64,000 bases of DNA from Clostridiales bacterium (GTDB lineage Bacteria > Bacillota > Clostridia > Oscillospirales > Acutalibacteraceae): the NCBI GenBank assembly GCA_012519975.1, contig JAAYPE010000037.1:5129-69128 (forward strand). The letters run 5' to 3'. The translations under genes and the position numbers were made by a program. Below the pieces are notes generated by a model. That model was not told where the DNA came from, did not search any database, and was given only the letters and a program-made list of their open reading frames with translations. This document shows, piece by piece, positions 58,825 to 64,000 of the stretch (positions within the stretch are counted from its first letter, which is position 1; every line of letters begins with the position of its first letter).

Positions 58825-58903
58825 TTATTAGTCAAAAATTTGCCGCCTGTTTCACAAAAGTGTGAGCGAGCGGCAATTTCATTGCAGAAAAGGACGATTG
58901 TTT

Positions 58904-60286
58904 ATGATTCACCAGTATAAAATGAATGGGTATAACATTGTTGTTGATACTTTTAGTGGTTCCATTCATTCAGTTGATGATGTTGCTTATGATATTATAG
59001 GTCTTTATGGAAATACAAAAAAAGAAGATATTGTATCTCATATTTTAGATAAATACAAAAACAACGCATCTATTAATAGAGAAGAAATTTTAGAATGTAT
59101 TGAAGATATTGAATTTTTAAAAGATAATGGCAAATTATATTCTGAAGATATTTATTCAAATAAAGCTTTCGACCTTAAAAATCGAAACACAGATATAAAG
59201 GCGTTATGCCTCCATGTTGCTCATACTTGCAACTTAAATTGTGAGTATTGTTTTGCAAGACAAGGCAATTATAATGGTGAAAATTCCTTGATGAGTTTTG
59301 AAGTTGGAAAACAAGCTTTAGATTTTTTAATTGCAAATTCTGGTAATCGCGTTAACCTAGAAGTAGACTTTTTTGGCGGAGAACCACTGATGAACTGGGA
59401 AGTTGTAAAACAGCTAGTTGGATATGCTCGAAGCCAAGAAAAAAAATACAATAAAAAGTTTCGTTTTACGCTTACAACAAACGGAATGTTAATAAATGAT
59501 GATGTTATAGATTTTTCGAATAAAGAAATGTATAATGTTGTTTTAAGTCTTGACGGACGAAAAGAAATTCACGATAAACTTAGAAAAAATCTTGCTGGCG
59601 ACGGCAGTTATGATATTATTGTTCCTAAATTTAAAGAGTTTGTTGAAAAAAGAAATGGCAAAAACTATTATATGCGTGGAACTTTTACTCACAATAATGT
59701 TGAATTTACAAAAGATATTTTTCATATGGCCGATTTAGGGTTTTATGAGCTTAGTATGGAACCTGTTGTTTGCTCTCCGTCTGACCCATACGCTTTGACC
59801 AAGGAAGATTTGCCGATTTTGTTCGAGCAATATGAACTCCTTGCAAAAGAAATGATTAAACGAAAAAACAAGGAAAATGATTTTACCTTTTATCACTACA
59901 CCATAGATTTAAATAACGGTCCTTGCATATACAAAAGGATTTCGGGTTGTGGCTCTGGCACTGAATATTTGGCTGTTACACCGCAAGGCGAGCTTTTTCC
60001 TTGTCATCAATTCGTTGACTCACCTAAATACAATATGGGTAATGTTTGGGACGGTGTCACTAAAACTAATATTAGGGACGAATTCAAACTATGCAATGTT
60101 TATTCTAGGTCTGAGTGTGACGACTGTTGGGCAAAACTTTATTGCTCTGGTGGCTGTGCTGCGAATGCCTATCATTCAACTGGAAATATATCGGGAACAT
60201 ATGAATATGGATGTGAGCTGTTTCGCAAGCGTATAGAGTGCGCAATTATGATTAAAGTAGCCGAGTTGGAAGATGATAAAAACTAA
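58904..60286 (+). CDS. SCIFF radical SAM maturase (SPASM-domain thioether-forming enzyme)
   Basis: CNLNCEYC radical SAM cluster and C-terminal SPASM cysteines (CGSG..C..., CDDCWAKLYCSGGCAA). ATG at 58904 is preferred to the GTG at 58862. Confidence 0.9.
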   Translation: MIHQYKMNGYNIVVDTFSGSIHSVDDVAYDIIGLYGNTKKEDIVSHILDKYKNNASINREEILECIEDIEFLKDNGKLYSEDIYSNKAFDLKNRNTDIKALCLHVAHTCNLNCEYCFARQGNYNGENSLMSFEVGKQALDFLIANSGNRVNLEVDFFGGEPLMNWEVVKQLVGYARSQEKKYNKKFRFTLTTNGMLINDDVIDFSNKEMYNVVLSLDGRKEIHDKLRKNLAGDGSYDIIVPKFKEFVEKRNGKNYYMRGTFTHNNVEFTKDIFHMADLGFYELSMEPVVCSPSDPYALTKEDLPILFEQYELLAKEMIKRKNKENDFTFYHYTIDLNNGPCIYKRISGCGSGTEYLAVTPQGELFPCHQFVDSPKYNMGNVWDGVTKTNIRDEFKLCNVYSRSECDDCWAKLYCSGGCAANAYHSTGNISGTYEYGCELFRKRIECAIMIKVAELEDDKN

Positions 60287-60290
60287 ACAT

Positions 60291-60327
60291 AAAAACTCGA
60301 GTATTATATAATGCTCGAGTTTTTTTA
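60291..60327. terminator. bidirectional intrinsic terminator between the maturase gene and larC
   Basis: AAAAACTCGAG pairs with CTCGAGTTTTT, with flanking A and T runs. Confidence 0.85.
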
Positions 60328-60331
60328 TCGA

Positions 60332-61474
60332 CTAATAATTTTTATAAATATCCAAAATACTGCAATTGTTTTTTTGTGCAATCTCTTTTGCCGATTCATA
60401 TTCTATACAGGTTTTTTCAATATCGTTCCAATAAAATATATTTGCATCCACTTTGCCGTATTTTGTATCAATTTTTGTGCTTTCCCTTTTCATTATAACA
60501 CGCTCCAAACTTTGCCTGCGAACTCCAACGGCAGTAGTTTGCTTGAATATTACCCCTATAACTTCACTTTCAATATTTGGATTGCACATAACAGATAGTT
60601 GCCACGCGGGACGATTTTTTTTCATATAAACAGGAGAAAAAAAAGCGTCGCTAACTCCGATTTCAAAAAGCTTTTCAAGGCAAAAAGCAAGCTGTTCTGG
60701 TGTACTATCATCAATGGCGGTTTGAATAAAAATTATGTTGTCTTTATCTTCTTGAACATCTTCAAAAATAAATGCTCGCAAAATATTTGGATGGGAAAAC
60801 TCTTTTTTCCCTGCTCCAATTCCAGTTTTTTGAATTACAATATTCTTTGGGTTTTCAAATTTATCTGCAATTGCACCAACAATAGCAGCACCCGTCGGTG
60901 TAATCATTTCGCTATTATTTTCTGTGATTTTTATAGGGATTTTTTTCGCTTTTGCAATTTCAACCACTGCTGGAACAGGAATTGGAATTTTTCCGTGAGC
61001 GCAGTTTACAAAGCCAAATCCATCACTTATTGGCGAGCAAATAACCCTGCTTATTTTTAAATTATCAAGACAAAAAGCCACAGCACAAATATCAACAATA
61101 GAATCTAGAGCCCCGACCTCGTGAAAGTGAACCTCTTCACGACTTTTTTTATGCACTATCGCCTCTGCATCTGCAACAACATCAAATATTTTTTTTGCTA
61201 TATTTTTTGCATTATCTGTTAAGGTTGACTTGTTTATAATTTCATAAATATCATTAATGCCTCTGCAACATTCATCCTTTTTTATAGTCTTAACATCAAA
61301 AAAACAGGAGGAAATGCCGTTCTTTTCAGATTTTCCTATATATAATTCGCAACCGAGGTTCATTAAATCTATAACACTTGCAAGCTCTTTTTGATTTGCC
61401 CCTAAATCAAGAAGTGCCGCAACAGTCATATCTCCACTTATTCCTGAAAGACATTCGAGGTATAATGTTTTCAC
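60332..61474 (-). CDS. larC: nickel-pincer cofactor biosynthesis protein LarC (nickel insertion, CTP-dependent)
   Basis: LYLECLSGISGDM N-terminus (DUF111). Single uninterrupted 380-aa ORF. Confidence 0.85.
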   Translation of the reverse strand: MKTLYLECLSGISGDMTVAALLDLGANQKELASVIDLMNLGCELYIGKSEKNGISSCFFDVKTIKKDECCRGINDIYEIINKSTLTDNAKNIAKKIFDVVADAEAIVHKKSREEVHFHEVGALDSIVDICAVAFCLDNLKISRVICSPISDGFGFVNCAHGKIPIPVPAVVEIAKAKKIPIKITENNSEMITPTGAAIVGAIADKFENPKNIVIQKTGIGAGKKEFSHPNILRAFIFEDVQEDKDNIIFIQTAIDDSTPEQLAFCLEKLFEIGVSDAFFSPVYMKKNRPAWQLSVMCNPNIESEVIGVIFKQTTAVGVRRQSLERVIMKRESTKIDTKYGKVDANIFYWNDIEKTCIEYESAKEIAQKNNCSILDIYKNY

Positions 61475-62217
61475 TAAATTTGACCCCCTAATGAATTTAT
61501 TTGAGCTGCTATATATCCTGCACCAAATCCATTATCAATGTTTACAACGCTAATGCCTGCTGAACAAGAATTTAGCATTGCAAGCAAAGCTGAAACCCCA
61601 CCAAAATTTGCTCCATATCCAATACTTGTTGGCACAGCTATTACAGGAACTCTAACAAGTCCTGCAACTACGCTTGCAAGGGCACCCTCCATCCCCGCAC
61701 AAGCAATAATTGCGTTTGCGTCTTGCAATTCATCAAGTCTGCTCATCAATCTATGAAGTCCCGCTACCCCAACATCATACATCTTTGTTACATTTGAGCC
61801 ACACATCTGTGCAGTGATAGCAGCCTCTTGAGCAACCGGAATGTCTGTTGTACCACCTGTGCAAATTGCAATTTTTCCGCTTGTCTTTTCTGGCGAGCCT
61901 ACTGTTATGCACTTTGATATTTCGCAATATTTTGCATCAGGCAACACTTTTAAAACACTGTCAAAATGCTCCTTTGAGGCTCTTGTGCCTAAAACTAAGC
62001 CATTCATATCATACAATCTTTCAAAAATATTAGCCGTTTGTTCTGGCACCTTACCTTGACAAAACACAACCTCTGGAAAGCCTGTCCTTATTTTTCTGTG
62101 ATGGTCAAGACAAGCATACTCCATATTTTCAAACGGTAACTTTTTGAGTTTTTCATAAGCTGTTTGCGTATCTAAATCACCATTTGCAACTTCTTCTAAA
62201 AGAGTCTTTACATCCAT
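61474..62217 (-). CDS. larB: nickel-pincer cofactor biosynthesis protein LarB (NaAD carboxylase/hydrolase)
   Basis: GFPEVVFCQGK motif and a PurE-like C-terminal domain. Confidence 0.85.
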   Translation of the reverse strand: MDVKTLLEEVANGDLDTQTAYEKLKKLPFENMEYACLDHHRKIRTGFPEVVFCQGKVPEQTANIFERLYDMNGLVLGTRASKEHFDSVLKVLPDAKYCEISKCITVGSPEKTSGKIAICTGGTTDIPVAQEAAITAQMCGSNVTKMYDVGVAGLHRLMSRLDELQDANAIIACAGMEGALASVVAGLVRVPVIAVPTSIGYGANFGGVSALLAMLNSCSAGISVVNIDNGFGAGYIAAQINSLGGQI

Positions 62218-62219
62218 TG

Positions 62220-63032
62220 CTATTCCTCTTTTCTTAAATTTAAATCCATACTTCCAGTTTTTAGACCTTCTAAATCTAAAGTTATATACAAAAACCCGAG
62301 GTGTTTAAGCTTGTTTATAATTTCGTCTTTATATTTAAAAAAGTTTTCAAATTCCGATTTTGGTATTTCTATTCTTGCTATTTCAAAGTGAACACGCAAC
62401 CTACAGTCTTCAAAGCCATATGATTTGAGTATATTTTCTCCATCCTGTGTCTTTAAAATTAAATTATTTGTAATCCTTGTGTTATATGGAAATCTAGTAA
62501 GAATACACGGTGATGACGGTTTTGTTGCAACACTAAGCGATAGCTCTTTTGCAATATTTCTCACATCATTTTTAGATAAGTTGCACTGCGCAAGTGGGCT
62601 ATGTATTTTGTTTTCAGATTTAGCTCTAAGCCCTGGCCTATACTCTTTTAAATCATCAAAATTAGTACCATCGCAGACTGCTAAAAAATCATTTTTATAT
62701 GCCGTTTCTTTAATTTTAGAAAACATTTTGTCTTTACAATAATAGCAACGAAGCTCACTGTTGCTTGAAATCCTCTCATCATTTAACATATTAATATCAA
62801 TCGTTTTATAAACCGCATTCATAGATTCTGCTATTATTTTTGCTTTTTCAATATCTGATTTGTTCGCGGTGAGCTGTGTATTCACAGTTATTGCCAAAAC
62901 ATCAAGCCCTGCAATTGTTGCAACTTTTAACAACACGGTTGAATCAACACCGTTTGAAAAGGCAATGCAAAGCTTATTGTCTATTGCTATTTTTTTAAGT
63001 TCTGTTATCAGCTTTTTCAGATTATCGCTCAT
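62220..63032 (-). CDS. larE: ATP-dependent sacrificial sulfur transferase LarE
   Basis: PP-loop AFSNGVDST, EYRPGLRAKSE, the cysteine-containing PSSPCILTRFPY, and RLRVHFEIARIEIP. Confidence 0.9.
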   Translation of the reverse strand: MSDNLKKLITELKKIAIDNKLCIAFSNGVDSTVLLKVATIAGLDVLAITVNTQLTANKSDIEKAKIIAESMNAVYKTIDINMLNDERISSNSELRCYYCKDKMFSKIKETAYKNDFLAVCDGTNFDDLKEYRPGLRAKSENKIHSPLAQCNLSKNDVRNIAKELSLSVATKPSSPCILTRFPYNTRITNNLILKTQDGENILKSYGFEDCRLRVHFEIARIEIPKSEFENFFKYKDEIINKLKHLGFLYITLDLEGLKTGSMDLNLRKEE

Positions 63033-63061
63033 ACAAACCTCTTAACTGCATTTTAAAAACA

Positions 63062-64000
63062 CTAATTCAATGAAGAAATATCAAGACTTTCATATTTTTG
63101 AAGAATATTTTTTATCTTCTCTTTTATTTTATCTACCCCACCACTAACATTACTTTCAATATTAAGCGGCAAAATTGGGTCGTGAACACTAAGTCTTAAC
63201 AAAAACCAGCCATCATATTTATCAATTGATGCACGCACTCCTTCATAGCTATCTTGCGCTTTTTCAAATATTTCACTGCTATCCATCAACTGTTCTATTT
63301 CACTTATAACTTTATTTCCATATTCTTTAAAATTTGATGCTAAAATTTTAATACGCATTTCCTGTGCCTCTAAAGGCTCTACTAAATCTTCTATTAAGCT
63401 TTCAAGGGTTTTACCCTCTTTTGCAAGCTGTGCCATTTTAATTATTATTCTTGTAATCAGATAAGCCCCATCGTCGAGGAAATAATTCTCACGCATTGCA
63501 GCGTGCCCTGATGTTTCAATAGCTAGTGGAGCATTAATGCAACACTCTCTATTCAATCTTAGCGCCTCATTTATTACATTCTTGTATCCACGTTTAAATC
63601 TATGGTGCTTTGCCCCCAATGTTGTTTCTAAAAAATCTTTGAGTCCACTTGATGTGACTGAATCTGTAACAATCGTTGCGCCCTCATTATTTTCAAGTGC
63701 AATACAAGATGCCAGAGCTATTAGTGCGTTTCGATTTATTTCTTTTCCGCTCTTGCCCACACAAGCTGCCCTGTCAACATCCGTATCAAAAATAACGCCT
63801 AAGTCTGCCCCGTTTGCAACTGTTGCTTTTGCAATAAAGTCCATAGCTTGAGCATTTTCTGGGTTTGGCGTATGGTTTGGAAAAAGTCCGTCTGGTTCTA
63901 AAAACTGGCTCCCTGTGATGTCTGCTCCAAGTGGCTCTAATACTTTTTGTGCATAAAAACCGCCAGCACCATTGCCAGCATCAACAACTATCTTAAATCC
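63062..64000 (-). CDS. phosphoglucomutase/phosphomannomutase family protein (C-terminal ~312 codons; gene continues past window end)
   Basis: GVIFDTDVDR metal-binding loop. The frame stays open through to position 64000 (GFKIVVDAGNGAGG...). Confidence 0.85.
   Translation of the reverse strand, partial: GFKIVVDAGNGAGGFYAQKVLEPLGADITGSQFLEPDGLFPNHTPNPENAQAMDFIAKATVANGADLGVIFDTDVDRAACVGKSGKEINRNALIALASCIALENNEGATIVTDSVTSSGLKDFLETTLGAKHHRFKRGYKNVINEALRLNRECCINAPLAIETSGHAAMRENYFLDDGAYLITRIIIKMAQLAKEGKTLESLIEDLVEPLEAQEMRIKILASNFKEYGNKVISEIEQLMDSSEIFEKAQDSYEGVRASIDKYDGWFLLRLSVHDPILPLNIESNVSGGVDKIKEKIKNILQKYESLDISSLN

Noticed and set aside
58862-58903. GTG at 58862 as the start of the SCIFF maturase
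   Set aside because: The GTG lies inside the intergenic hairpin, has no RBS, and adds an atypical MSERQFHCRKGRLF extension. ATG 58904 (MIHQYKMNGYN...) is preferred.
1-64000. Mobile elements, prophage, CRISPR arrays, tRNA/rRNA genes
   Set aside because: I scanned intergenic regions and ORF translations. There are no transposase, integrase or recombinase motifs, no spaced direct-repeat arrays, and no tRNA-like T-arm sequences outside coding regions.

Overview
This window is a low-GC, gene-dense chromosomal segment from an endospore-forming Firmicute (Clostridia-like), about 90% coding and mostly on the minus strand. Positions 1-14.4 kb carry the conserved yab/sporulation cluster (yabR, divIC, yabQ, yabP, yabO, HU, mazG, a SpoVB/MurJ-like flippase), followed by a HemZ-like radical SAM enzyme, dtd, relA and recJ. 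The middle holds spoIIGA-sigE, a four-subunit 2-oxoacid:ferredoxin oxidoreductase operon, an ispH-S1 fusion, plsC, cmk and metF. The right part holds a Na/Pi cotransporter with a PhoP/PhoR-like two-component system, a collagen-like Cys-rich protein, an Fe-alcohol dehydrogenase, an NfeD/SPFH pair and larE-larB-larC. I found no rRNA, tRNA, CRISPR array, transposase or integrase. Four items stand out. (1) A 51-aa six-cysteine SCIFF-type RiPP precursor, absent from the ORF track, sits directly upstream of its radical-SAM/SPASM maturase. (2) A guanine-type purine-riboswitch aptamer with a shortened L3 and no obvious terminator lies in front of an uncharacterised FAD-dependent dehydrogenase. (3) A translationally coupled pair combines an HPD-less J-like/TPR/cysteine-string protein with a protein carrying two DDxxD motifs. 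(4) Three A8 homopolymer tracts coincide with reading-frame breaks, so they are either assembly indels or slippage-prone switches. Functional calls rest on motifs I recognised by eye in the translations, and no database search was run.
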